DNA from: Gekko japonicus
Lineage: Eukaryota
Length of the DNA stretch: 64,000 bases
Direction: 5' to 3'
Assembly: GCF_001447785.1 (NCBI RefSeq)
Contig: NW_015172042.1
Location: 375,279-439,278, forward strand
The position numbers were made by a program, and so were the translations under genes. The number at the start of each line of letters is the position of its first letter. Position 1 is the stretch's first letter. Shown here one piece after another: positions 12,980-26,075 of this stretch. The notes under the pieces were generated by a model, which saw nothing but the letters and a program-made list of their open reading frames with translations, ran no database searches and was not told where the DNA came from.

Positions 12980-13199
12980 CCCAATGCCTTGTCTTTTCAT
13001 TTGCTTAGGCATTAAGTAGAAGTGTGTTGAGGGGATCCTTGCATCTCTTTCAGAATCTGTGATTGTGCAAAGAAAAATCTGCATGTCAATGGAAATGAGT
13101 AAAGTTCAGAATTTACTGCCAACACACAGTCTTCTGAGAAAAATAGTAATAAGTAAAGGGATCTGACAAAATATTCCAGGTTTCCTTCTGTATCACGGG

Positions 13200-13436
13200 T
13201 AGGGTTGCCAAGTGGATCTTTGCCGGGAGCGGGGGGCTCCCGGCCGGCGTCTGGTGCGCGCGTTTTCCCTTGGATGGCCGTGGCCCCGCCCCCAGCATGC
13301 CTGGCGTCCTCCCGTCCTTTCCGGGTGACGCGCACGTTGGGGCGGAGTTCCCCCCGGGGCCCGATCCGGCGCCACCGGGGAACGGGCCTCTGGGGCGGGG
13401 GTTTCCCCACCCCCCCGGGGGGACTTGGGATCCCTA
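13200..13436. mobile_element. hAT-type MITE, CpG-rich
   Basis: tagggttgccaa...ttgggatcccta. TSD atcacggg/atcatggg. Confidence 0.9.
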
Positions 13437-13639
13437 ATCATGGGTGGATGCATGCTAACAGCCCTGAAACAAATGTTTGTTATCCTAACCAATCTCCACT
13501 TTGGAGACCACAGTAGCAGCAATTTGGGAGATGCATGAGTAGCCCCAGCTTTGTTGTCTTCTGTTAACACAAATTATGTGATTCAAAGACTCGGTTAAGC
13601 CCACACCTCTGTCTATGACTTAGAGGAGGGCAGAGAGGT

Positions 13640-13882
13640 AACTTAGAGGAGGGCAGGGAGCTGTTCCTGCTGGCAGCAGAGGATAGGTACCGAGTGGATC
13701 TTAGGAAAATCCTTTTTACAGTAAGAGTTGTGCAACAGTGGAATCAGATGCCTAGGGAGGTGGTGAGCTGCCCCTCACTGGCTGTCTTACAGTGTTTGAA
13801 CAAACACTCATCAGGGATGCTCTAGGCTGATCCGGCATTGAGCAAGGGGTTGGACTAGATGGACTGTATGGCCCCTTCCAAC
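13640..13882 (+). mobile_element. CR1 LINE 3' end
   Basis: Resembles the reverse complement of 30480-30750. Ends in ctatgattcta, a CR1-type tail. Confidence 0.85.
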
Positions 13883-15169
13883 TCTGCGATCCTATGATTC
13901 TAAAGTGCAACCACACCCTGGTTGCCTACTAGAGGATGCCCCTTACTAATGTCTCTAAGCAGGGGCCAATCAGAACATTCATACTTTGTTCAAAGGCAGA
14001 TCTGAGCCTTTCCTTTTCTGTCTCTGCTTTACCCTTACCCCAAGACACAAGCAACCACAATAGTGTCTTCTCTTACTGAACTTTAAGAACTGAAGCCCTT
14101 CTGAACAGTTAAGACTGTGGGGCAGCCAAGCAGCTCAGAATGCTAGGAATGTGAGTGGATGAATGCACATTGCAGAGAGATGATTCTGTCCAAATGCCAA
14201 ATTAATTAGGGCTTGGCTATAAATATAAGCAAATAAATATTAATAAATACAGGGACCACTGCGGACAATAACAATTTTCACTACTTTCAATTTGCTTCTA
14301 CTGAGGAGAGACTAATTTTTGCCATTATGATTGCTATAATGTATATTATGTCCCTTGATTGTCAGCTGATGATAACAAATAGCAAAGTGTAATGGCCTCA
14401 GATTAAATTTGTGTTGCCAATTCTCAGACCAAGGAAACACAAAGGAGGGGGGGACCTTGAATGAGCGAAATGTTTCCCAGATATAGGGCACCCATGCTAA
14501 CACACATATATATTTCCATTACCTAATGGGAACTCTGGAATGCTCTACCAGAGGTACAGGGACGGCAAGGCTTCTTTTCTCAGGATGCTTCCACTATACA
14601 GCCTGAAAGCCAAAATTCAAGAAAAGGATGTGGCGTAAATATCCTGGGCCACTACATTTGTTGGGGGATGACAAGGGGAACAAGATTCCATAGTCCTGGA
14701 GGCCTAAGGAGCTGAGCAAGTCATGCAGTTCGTTTTCATGAGGTATGGGTGGAATGAGGAACGCCCAGAGGTATATCCCTGTCTGACATCCCATTATGGC
14801 TCTCAGCAGCCCTGATCATATTAGGAAATTTGCCACTCCCACAAACACCAGTGCTGGAAAGGACAGTCCCACTCCATTTACAATACAATTTGCTAGGCTC
14901 TTCAGGTCAGCTAGGGTCCTATTTTCAGACATACAACAGATCAGAAACTCTGAAAGGTACATAAAAATTAACTTGCAGTTCCATGTTGCTTTCAGGGATT
15001 TTTTTTTTGGGGGGGGCATATTTTTGGTATTTTTTATATGTGCATGTGTGTGTGCATGCACCTGGAAGTCATGGCAACTGTGATTGACTGTATGGCACCT
15101 GGAAGTCATGGAGACCTCTGATGACTGATCCCTCCTGGGGGCCAGCAGGATATTCAGAGAGGAGGCTGA

Positions 15170-15304
15170 ATAAAGCCTGCCCTGTCCTCCCGACTGCTCG
15201 TATTTCAAGGAGGGTCTCCCATCCAAGTACTTGCCAGAGTCGATCCTGCTTGGGTTCCAAGATCTGATGAGACTAGGCTTGCCTGGGCTATCTAGGTCAG
15301 GGCA
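15170..15304 (-). mobile_element. 5S rRNA-derived SINE fragment
   Basis: Minus strand reads tctcatcagatcttggaacccaagcagg...gtacttggatgggagacc, matching 5S rRNA. Confidence 0.75.
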
Positions 15305-15362
15305 TTGCTTTCAGTTTTTAATACAATGAGTTGTAGCCATAGCCAGACATGACAATTGAGAC

Positions 15363-15568
15363 CAGTGTTCCCTCTAAGCTGAGTTAGTGTGAGCTGGCTC
15401 ACAGTTTTTTAGCCTCCGGCTCACACGTTTTTGTCTTAGCTCGGGAAGGAGGGCTCCAGAGCAAACTGATTTATGCAGTAACCAAATAACTTGCTCACAA
15501 TTCTAATGCCAGTAGCTCACAAAGTGGAATTTTTGCTCAAAGGACTCCACAGCTTAGAGGGAACATTG
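15363..15568. mobile_element. hAT-type MITE (CAGTGTTCCCTCTAAG TIR)
   Basis: 19-bp TIR with 1 mismatch. Perfect TSD attgagac. Confidence 0.92.
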
Positions 15569-16851
15569 ATTGAGACTGAAGAGTCAATGTGACTTCTAAG
15601 TCTACACTGGCAGTCCAATAAACTCAGATGTATGGCGATTTGCTGTAGGAGTCAAAGAGCCATCAAAACAAGCAAGACCCAATACCAAAGATTCTTTTTC
15701 TTGTGCCATATTGTCTAGCTTCCCAAGGGCATCTGCTTGGTTCCTGTTGGAAACAGAATGCAGGACAATATGTCCTTTGCGTCAGCAAGGCAGGTCTTAT
15801 GTTTTTAGGAGTGCTACAAATTATATCAATCATTTAAAAATGCTATAGCATGATCTTAGCATGCTCCTCCCAGGACTGAACTGTATCAGACTGATCAGAC
15901 CAAAAGGGCAAACCAACCAACCAAACAAACAAAAAGGCCAAGTCATATTGTGCTCAAGAGCCTGTTGTACCAAAAGTCATAACCAGACAATCCAAAGATG
16001 GCTTAAGTGCATTCACTGAGTCTGAAATACCTACAAATAACCAGTGGTATTACTGCAGTGCATATAGACAAAGTAGAAAATAACTATTTATCATAACTTT
16101 TAAAGAAAGTAAATGAAAAATAAGACAACCCAGAGTACTCCTGCTCACCCCATCTCAGAAAGAACTGTAGCAGTGTTGGAGAAGATATTTTAATATGCAA
16201 GTAAAATGATGAAAGAAATGTGGACGACTTGAAAAGTGGTGACCAAAAGAGGGCAAGGCAGAGGTTTTAGAAAAACATGATTGGTGTGAGGAGAGTAAAT
16301 AGGGAACAATAATTTCAAAATAAAAAAGGTCCAAGGCCATCTGCAGCAAATGTAAGTCAAACAAAAGATATCACTTCTTCATTTGGCATATAATTAACCT
16401 ATGGAACTCATTTTCAAGGGACATTATTGCTTTAAAACATAAAATAAGTACATGGAGACAAGGTCAATTGATGGTGCAAGCCATAATATCCAAAATGCAA
16501 CTACCATATTTGGAGATGACCGTGTTCTCTCTTATTAACAGATACTGAGGATTAACAACACTGGGCTGCTGTTGTCATTACACTGTGCTTGTAACCTGTT
16601 CAGGCCCAGAATAATGGTTTATGTAGATCCATAGAATATGGTTCATAGGTAATCATTCTTCTGTCATCATCCAGATCCAGCCTAGCCACCCCTAGAGACC
16701 ACCAATTCAGACCTGATCATAACACAAGAACCATGCTGCATCAGACCAGTAGCCCATTTAGTCAAGATTCTGTTTCACTTAGTGGCCGCTAATTGCCTTG
16801 AGAGCCAACAAACAGGCACAGAAGCCAAGGCATTCCCCTGTTGTATACATA

Positions 16852-17216
16852 TAAGTTTGTCAGGCCTTGAACTGTCAACTAACAAAAAGGGGGGGGGCAG
16901 CCATAGGAAATGACAGGATGGCACTTCTGAGAAGACCCTGGAAATGATGTCAACCCTCTTTAGGTTTTACCACAGAGTTTCTGGCGATTTCTAGAGAGGC
17001 ATTACATCACTTCTAGGTTTTTTCCAGAAGAAATTTCATGTCATAGGCCGAACAGACATTTTTCTAGGTGATTCCTAGAGAAGTATGATGTCACTTCCAA
17101 GATTTACCAGAAGTGATGTCATGCTATAGGCCTAACAGCCGTTTTTTCCCTGTGGCAGCAGGAAAGAGAGCTGAGGCAAGAGATCCCTTGCCCCCACCAT
17201 GGGACTGGCAGCCCTA
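16852..17216. mobile_element. Degraded hAT-type MITE
   Basis: Ends in tggcagcccta. Interior gaagtgatgtca repeats like the 12636 copy. Confidence 0.6.
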
Positions 17217-17234
17217 TTAAATGTACACACAGAG

Positions 17235-17430
17235 AGTGGCCTTGTACTGAGTCAAATCACTGGTCTATCAAGGTCAGCACTGTGCACTCTGCCTGGCAGC
17301 AGCTATCCAGTCTCTGAGGAGGAGGTCTCTGACATCACTTCCTGCCTGATCCTTTTAACTGGAGATGCCAGGGACTGAACCTGGGACCTTCTACATACAC
17401 GGCATATTCTCTACAAATGAGCCACAGCCC
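17235..17430 (-). mobile_element. tRNA-derived SINE with CR1-like tail
   Basis: Minus-strand head gggctgtggctcatttgtagag...ccaggttcagtcc. Related copies near 10515, 40714 and 48878. Confidence 0.7.
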
Positions 17431-20331
17431 TACCCCAGAATGATTCATCATGGTCCTAGCATCACTTATATGTGACATAAGTTATTCCTCTAAGCTTGTG
17501 GGCACAAATTTATGCAAGCTGGGGGGAAAACACCCAAGACACGATGACAAAATTTGGTCTGTGTATGTCATTTCAGAGGCAGACCATGAGAGAAACAGAA
17601 GAAGAAGAAGACAGGGCAGATAAAGGAGGGGAAAGGACCAGCTGACTAAGAAGTATGGGCATGGGCTACCCAGAGGGATAAATGATTTATAACCGTGAAT
17701 CATACACAAGGGGGGGGGAATAGGAAGCAGAACAGATGGGCACGTGGGAGGAAATGTAGAGCAGGAGGAGATGGTGCTATTCACTTTATTCAAAAAGAAC
17801 AAAACCTTTATTGCACTAAAGACAGTTAAATCAATATTTTCCTAATGTTATTTTTCCACATAAGCAAACGGGTGTGCTTCCCCACAGGGATATTGCATTA
17901 TCATGGATGAAAAGGATGAGTTGTCTGCATAATGGCAAGAGGGAGGAGAGAAACTGTCTACAAAGTCTAACAAAGTGGAAAATTGCCTTGCAAAACTGCT
18001 GGCATGAAGTTCTTGAGTGTCCCAAGCCCCACCGACAGATGCTGTGGAGCGAAAAGCCTCATCCTACTAGATCCCATACAAGAAAAGGGCTCAACTCTGC
18101 CCATCCCTCCTCCTGTATCCTGCAAAGATGCTACTTGTCTGACGGTATATTATATGCAGTAATTAATGTTTTGGTAAATTACTGGGTAGCAAAATTATGG
18201 GCTTTTTCTCCTTCACAAAAGACTGACTGTGGAACCATTTCTGACCTTACATCTGAAAATTCTAAACAGTTATGCAAATTTTAAGTCAATTAAAACTCAG
18301 AATCCCCATGTGAATTAGGGATATACTGCTCATTGACAGAGAGAGTAGCATCCACGAAGAGACGTTATCACTAGAAAGCTTAGAGGAGGGAAATGGAAAC
18401 AGTGTAATGTGAAACTGGCTCTCTTGATACTAATTTTACCTCTAGTGGTTATAAATGGTTCATCTAGTTGACCTGTTCAGCCTACTAAAGTGCAGTCTAA
18501 AAGGGGAGATAGTTTTCTAGGTAAGGTGAAGTTTATGAACTCCCTCAGGAGGCTTATAGAATGAAGATGGTCAGAGAATATTTAACTCCCTCAGGAGATA
18601 AATATTCTCTGACCATCTTCATTCTATAAGCCACTGACATTTCAAACTCATGCATGTAGCTAGTCCTCTGTGAATTCAGGGATAAAATCAGCAAAGATAG
18701 CCAATGGCAATTAAACCCACCAACCAGCATGTATAGCATAATGGTTAGCGTATCAGGTTAGGATCTGGGAGGCTCAGGTACAAATCCCTACTCTGACATG
18801 GAATCCCCCTGGATAACTTTGGGCTTAACCTACTTCAAAGGGTTGTTGTGGGGGTAAAAACAGGAGAAGGGGAGAATGTTGTAAGCAACTTTGTGTCTCC
18901 ATTGGGGGAAAAACACTGTATGTATAAATAAATACATAAGCAAGCAAGCCTTGGATTCCACTATATACAGCGACAGCAGTAGCATGGCCACTGCTCTCCT
19001 ATGGCACAATTTCATTTGACCGCGGGCTGTGTGAATGATACAGTCACATGGGTAGAACCAATCATGTGGGTCTTTCCCATTTGATCAGCACCTGGCTGGG
19101 AGGAAAGTGCTTGTCAACCCATGTGATGGTGGGCTCTACCCATGCGATTTCAACACTCACATGCAGACCACAGCTGTTTGCATTGCACCACAAGAAATCA
19201 GCTACAATGTTGTTTCAGCTAGATTTGACAAGAGAGATATGGGGGGGGGGGTGCAAAAGAATTGCTTGTTGAAAACCTGTAGCAAAGGACTCATGCCTTC
19301 CACTTCTGGAATTATGTGAAACTGCAAAATTCTCCTACTCTCTTTAACTAACACCATGCACCATTATGGATTCCAGAAGTCCTTAAGGAGATTCAGAGAT
19401 CCTAAACAGAGGAAACGTAACTTGCTAACCTCTACCACTGTGGGCCAGTGCAGATCATTACTGCTTTCTATTCACTTGCAACTCTGAATAGCGTTTGGGC
19501 AATTTTTAATTCCCACATACTTTGAGGTCTCTCTTCTTGCCCTTTTGTGGCCCTGCTTTAAAAAACCATCACACAAACACATACACTTACCAAGCTGTGT
19601 GGCAGCTACTTCCCTGTGATATTATACCATATGGCTGCAACATGTGTGTAACCACATGGGCCAGTCAAGAAGGCATTTCCCATCCTGATCGCTGCACTCT
19701 TCACCTTGAAGGTAGCAATCACATAGGAAAGACTCACATTTCAGGTGCACTCACACTCCTGTAGTATATACACACATGCCTCCACCCACCATGGAGAAAT
19801 GTCTCCCATGTGGCCAGGTGTACAACTGAAGAGGGCCTTAGATAAAGTTCAGGTGGATGATATTTTTTCAGACTCTTTTTAGTTCTTTTTCATTAGTTAG
19901 CTCTTTTTTGGTAGTGACATTTTTCAGCCTCTTTTTAGTTCTGCATACAGTATTGACCAGAAGAAGAAATTCTGAATGTTCTATAGTAATTTTGTTTAAC
20001 TTTTGTCATTTTTGCTTTGTCTTCTTATAGCATTTTGACTTACGAAGATTCACTATGACCTAGTCTGAAAAGTCTCCAACTTTTTCTCCTTATATGGAAA
20101 ACTGTTCATATTCTTCTGTTGCCTTTCTCTGTACCTTTTCAAGTTCTTTATTGAACCACTATTGTAAAATGTGGCTTTCAAATACAGAATTCAGGTTGTA
20201 AGACATCCTACAAAGTAAGTCTCTAATTCGGAGCTCTGGAAACTGTTTACTATTCATACTTTCAAGCTCCAGCAAATGGAGCTGAAGTTGACTGTTGCCC
20301 ATGGGAACTCAGATCACAGTAAGTTAGTTAA

Positions 20332-20417
20332 AGTGCAATCCGAAGCAGAATTACATCCTTCTAAGTGCATCCAAGTCAATGCACTTGGAAAGATGTAGCT
20401 CTATTTAGGATTGCACT
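20332..20417. repeat. About 85-bp palindromic miniature element
   Basis: agtgcaatcc...ggattgcact hairpin. Relatives near 27222, 27703, 30121 and 45765. Confidence 0.75.
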
Positions 20418-20814
20418 GTTCGGCTCAGTTCATACACTGGTCCCTGTGGCAGGCCTGCACCCACAAAACTGATCCTAGATTGTTGGGATTCACAATACAG
20501 CAGTAAGATAATGAAGCACCACACACTGTAGGATCATCTTGGTTGCACAGAAACTTTTACACCAGTGCCAGTTTCCACCGGGCCAATGGTACTGGCTTGA
20601 GGAGTGACCGTGCAAACCAAGTGATCCATGTGATGTGGTGGTTTCACAAATATGGTGTGAACAAGTTCTCTGTCTTCTTGCATTATTTCATTTCTTATAT
20701 TAAAGAATTCTCCCCTGAACCAAAGCATGAAAAGGTCCTCATGTCAGAACTCTACAGTGCCATACAACTCCAAAGAAAACATACCATGTCTCCACTCTGC
20801 CTGTTGAACCCTAC

Positions 20815-21073
20815 TAGGGTTGCCAGGTCCCCCCCTAACCACGAGCGGGAGATAGAGTGGCCAGATGCAGGCTGGGAAGTTTCTGGAGATTTGAAGATTT
20901 CTTGGAGATCTGGGGATGGAGCCTGGGGAGTACAGGGGCCTCAGTGGGGTACAATGCCACAGAGTCCACCCTTCAAAACTTCCACTTTCTCCAGAGCAAC
21001 TAATCTCTGTAGTTTAGAGATTAGTTGTAATTCTGGGGGATTCCCAGGTGCCACCTGGAGGCTGGCACCCCTA
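20815..21073. mobile_element. hAT-type MITE (TAGGGTTGCCA family)
   Basis: TIRs. TSD aaccctac/aactctac. Confidence 0.88.
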
Positions 21074-24000
21074 AACTCTACATACACACAGTCAACGTAT
21101 TTGTGAGTCACTGCAGTTCTGAAAATTAGGCCACCATTATCAGGAGTCAGGCAGATATGCAAATACCTGTTTTGAAAAACTGTCCACCCTGAAGGTATGT
21201 GAACCCATTCATCACGATCAGCTGACACACACTATCCCATAGCAGCATGAGGGAGCCTGCAGGTGATAAATTCACAGATCAAGGGAGCAGAGAGAAAAAC
21301 CCCTCTAACCTTTTGATAATTTATGCCTCCATGGTGTGGTATAAAAACAAACCCTTTATTTGTGCATAAACATTACACCATGGGGCAGGGAAGGTACCTG
21401 GGCTGCACAGTGTGAAACACATGGCACCTGCTGGTTACCACACGAGCCCACAGCTGGACTGAGAAAAACAATAATAATACACATTTTTGTAGGGGAAAAA
21501 AGGACAAGCAGAGTCTGGGGGTCATCCACACCCTTCAGCACAGAGAAGGCATAGACAGCCTGAAAGTGTGTGACCAGTGGCATTTGACCAGTGGAGTCCT
21601 GTCCCCCATGGTTATGGGGGAAACTGTGACTGTTACAGCCAAAGAAGATGGCAGAAGTCTTCGTGTTCAACAAATCTGGTGTGGGGGGAAAAGATGAGCT
21701 GACAGCATAAGATGGCTGCAGCCAAGAGGACATACTCTGAGCTCATCGTCTATGATCATTGTCCCAAAGGCAATCACATCATCATTGCATCTTTACATGT
21801 GGGGGGGGGAGGAGCTTCAGTTTGTACATATTCTCTTTGTGTGGTACTGGCCCATATTTTCACTCTGAAGGAGAGCAAGGTGGACTTGTGAGTTCTGAAA
21901 AATCTTACACTGGCATAGGAAAACCTTCCTTCCTTCTCATTTGAAAGACTGCTTCTTGTGCACTCTCAAATACCTGCCCAGCTGAGGAAAACTGACACCC
22001 TCTTTTGACTTTAGCTTCTTGAGAATCCCTTACCACGTTGTGGGTGCTTTAAAAAACAAATTGCCTGCAGTTTTCACAACTGATGGGAAAGTTGTGCTGA
22101 CAAACAGAAATTGGCATTTTCCACTAACCATTATACTTCTGTTTTCCATGCTGGAAGAACTGCTTTCAATTAAGCCCCTTGGGAAGCTTATATGTACAAT
22201 GGGGAAGTGGGCTACGTTAAGTGATTTATGAAAAAATCTATTCCTATAATAACCAAGGAGTTGAGACAATTGTGAGGGAAGAGCTGAAAGTGAACATTTC
22301 CCTGCTGTGGAGACTTGATTGAAGAGAAAAGGGAAATCCAAGGAAAAGGGTGTGAGGCCTCAAGAACCTTGAGCCACAATCTTGGACTAAAATTAAAAGT
22401 TTTGAAAATGCCACGTGACATGTCACCCTTTAGAAGACAAACTGGGGTGTGATCACAGCTGGTGTCAATTGATACAGCTCAGCTGACTTTATTGTGAAGC
22501 TATTGCTTTAAACCAGCTGTAGATCAGCCTCAGATGCTTTCCCCACAGAAGGAAAATTTCTTCCCTCCTGCCCCTCCCCCACCTGACCCAGCTTTTAAAG
22601 ATACAAACACACCTTGCAAGTTTGCAGTCTCTGCATTATACAGCATAATTAAGATATTTTCCAATGAGGTCTGAGATACCCAGAAGCAATAATGTATCCT
22701 CAAACAGTGCTTACACCTCTCTTTCTTTCCATTTTCCCCTCCGCCTTTCTGCCTCCTGGTGTTAAAAGGCCCTGCACTATCTGGCTGGTAATTGCCAGAA
22801 CGGTCCCTCAACACTTGCCTTCCTCTCCACTTGCATTAAATAGCATCTCTATAGATACAGTTCTGCTTATCTATGCTGCTCATGTGGAGGAGGAAAGAAA
22901 TGCAGGCTCTCTTTTTCCACCTCCTCCCTTCTTTTGATTTCATGGGTGTGGCAGGGTTCAAAACCTCTCTTTCTCTCCAGCAACAGTGCATTTAATTAGA
23001 AGAGCCAAGACTGAAAATAGGATCATCTCTCCTACAAGAGGGCAAAGCTAGAACTCCCTCCCATAACACACATACTATCTGTCTGTTCCAATACATAGTA
23101 CAATGCAGGATTTGCATAGCTATTAGTTCATGAGGTACATCTAGAGTAGATTTTCAAGTACAGAGTGCAGGTGTTCCCAAACTCCAGGATTCTACTTTCC
23201 ACCTGCCACACTTTCAACAGTTTAATGATGTATTTTAAAGGCTATAGGGGCATCAAAAATCTGGGTAGCTCTTCAGCAAGGCCAGTAGGGTATCATATTG
23301 AGTTTCATGTACTGAAATTGCATTTATAGATGCAATTTATACACATATGTGCAAGGAGGGAGGGAAGAACAGCATGATAGAAGGACATTTATGTTTTCAC
23401 CATTAATAAGTTTCTTTTTTTTCAGTATCCATCCTTCTAAGATGCCATGCATATGACTTTGGATGCACAGAGACACATGTACACACAAATATACATGACC
23501 AAAGGAGATGCACACATACATATTACCTAAAACAGTTGACTGCAGAATTTCTGCTATTTGCTCTTCTGCAAAAATACAAAGAGGGATTCCCCAGGTAACA
23601 GGGAAACCTGGCTGTATTTCTGAAACACCCTCTTCAAATCATGGTCATTTGTTAGCACTCCTATTATGATGACTGTAAAGATAAGGAAGAGAATGCAAGC
23701 ATGGAAGATGTTCCTTTCTTTTCCCACTTAAAGCTTGTACAAAATAGTGCTGGATCTAGTTCCCAAACTTTGTTATGTACCAGTATATTTTATAAGTGTG
23801 ATTTCCACTTGTGTGTGAATGCTGCACAAATGCATGAATGGGGATGTATGGAGGCGTGGGTGTGTCTGAATACAGCTTTGCACATGTGTGCACCAGTACG
23901 CAGTTAGGATTGCATGAATGAATATGTATATGGCTGGATATGAAGGAGTATATATGTGAATGGGTGTGTCTCTTTGTGTCTGAGAAAGTATTACCTCAAA

Positions 24001-26075
24001 TTGTACAAAGATGTAGATATTTAAATGTGCAAGACTGCTGGCTTTAGGCTTGATTCTCCGATAATGTATCCGTAGGGATATATGCCGGATGTATGCCTGA
24101 TTCTATGAAGATTTAGCCACAGGGGTGTGGAAAGGGGTGTGGCTGGTGACTAAGCTGGTGGCTGGTTTTTTAAGGATCTATCTGCCAATAATTTATAAAT
24201 AAACATATCAAAACTGGGAAAATGTAAAAAAAAAAACACAGAAAATAATATAAGCTTGTAAGGAGTGAGGTGGGCAGGGTTTTGGCCATGTGTTCTGCAG
24301 CCCAGCTGGTGAAAAGCTTGTGAAAATGGCTCTCGCAGCCTATCACTTCCTAACTCTCCAGAATCTGCTACCTTATTTGAAAAATTTGCTAAGCCCTTGC
24401 CACTCACTGCTATGTTCTTTTTCCCCTTTTTTTCTTTCTTTTTCTTTTTTTGCTTTTCTGTCTGCTTTCCTCTTCCCTCCCTCCCTCCCTCCCTCCCTTT
24501 TCATCTCACATATGCCAACCAAATGTGCTCGCCTGGCTGGCTGCAACATGTTCTGGGTCTACCTCACTTCAGGTTTTTAATAGTCAATGTATCAGAAATG
24601 GGGGGGGGCATCTTAAAACATGCACTAGGGGGAAATGCTAATGCAACTGGGGGTTCCCATTGCTCAGCCCCACCCTCCACAGTCTACACCACCAGCTCTT
24701 AGCTTAGGAACAACATTGCTCACAAATGCCTTTTTCAAACACTATAGTATCCTAAAGGAATGAGCAAAAACCATTACAGCTCCTAGAAGAGTTGATTTTC
24801 AACAATACTGCATTCTGGTTTGCTGGGGTAAATACACTGGAAAGAAGCAGCCATCTATTTGCCTTACAAGCAGTCTATGGAGTTTGCCCTGAAAACAGGT
24901 ATTCATCCTCCACATATCCCAAAACCTTTTACAGACATCAAAGGCCAAACTCCCACCCTGGTCTGAATACATCTGGAGTAAATCCCTAAGAAATCACATA
25001 AACCACCAAGGAGGATCTGCAACACTCTGAGAAGTGAATCAGTTCAATATGAAGGTGTGATGGGGGAGGGGCAGGAGGCTATCTTGTTCATTTTTATATA
25101 TTTTTAATATTTCCCCCTCCTAATAGCTAAAAATTAGGTGTTTTTTCAACCTCTCCATGCTTACTATTAGCCTTTCCCCCCAAAAAAAATCCCAAACCAT
25201 ATGGGACCACTAAGATATTAACTGGTTTTCCACCAAGTTCATACTGCTCCCATCCCATCGGAGCTCACAGCTAACAGAGGCGTGGTCCTCTGTCTCTTTA
25301 CCAGCTGGTGCTCAGTTGTCCAAGTGCCCCTGGTAGGAAAGGGATTACTGGAGGGGGAACCCCATGCCCCCACCCCCACCCCATCTCCCTTAGTAGCTAA
25401 TTTAGTTTCCATTCCATTAACTGCCCCCGTCACCCCTTAAAAGAAAGGCAAGACAAGAAAATGATGGATGCATTCAAGTTGCACTAAAGAGAAGAAAATA
25501 CCGCCCATCACCCCAGCTCTCTGGGAGCCCCTGCCCTGCAATCTCTATGAAATCAAGAAACCACGGACAGAAAGCATCCTTATGTCGGTCTGGGCTCGCT
25601 CAGAAAATCTGGAGGAGGGGGCAGAGCAAGCATACATCCCCACCCCACAGAACCACATCTGTCTCGCCCTCCTCCCCTTCACATCCACACCCTCCAAATC
25701 CAAGACAGAAAATCCTATTCAACGCATCTTCCTACAGGTCCCCCGCCCAAAGGTGTCTGTCTGAAAGGGAGAGGGTCTCTCTCTCTCTGCCTTCCCTGTT
25801 CCCAACCCAGACTCCACAGGCAACCAGCCCTCTGCCCCCTCCCCCCCAAAACACCCGCAATTCAGCGAAAGGGTGTGATGTGACAAGCCTTCAGTGGGAA
25901 AGATGCTTTAAACAAACACACACACGAAATTGCAAAAAAACACCGCGGCTGAGAAGCCGCTGAAAGCCTCCCTCCGCTGCCTGCACACCTCTCTCTCAAC
26001 ACGCCCCCCCCCCCCCCCCCCAAGATTCTAGGAATTTCCCAGCGGCAAGAAAGTATAAAAAATCTCCAGCTCTAC

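Larger units (their letters stand above)
1..26075 (-). other. GAP43: GAP43 intron 1 (continues beyond the left edge)
   Basis: GT donor at 26075-26074. No exon-2 sequence (VEKN...QKIEQDG, IQ motif) was recognised in the window. GAP43 intron 1 is tens of kb long in mammals. Confidence 0.8.

Noticed and set aside
13012-13570. GC-rich overlapping ORFs or CpG-island promoter (also 5775-6179)
   Set aside because: The GC-rich cores are MITEs bounded by TIRs and TSDs.
20543-21106. 187-aa ORF
   Set aside because: Non-ATG start, half of it lies in a MITE, it is antisense within the intron, and it has no recognisable domain.
21534-21560. TTCAGCAC...AGACAG as an RE1 site
   Set aside because: Both half-sites are imperfect and the spacing is non-canonical.
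25135-25156. Minus-strand ag|gttgaaaaaa as a possible GAP43 exon 2 start (VEK)
   Set aside because: The continuation does not match GAP43 and there is no polypyrimidine tract.
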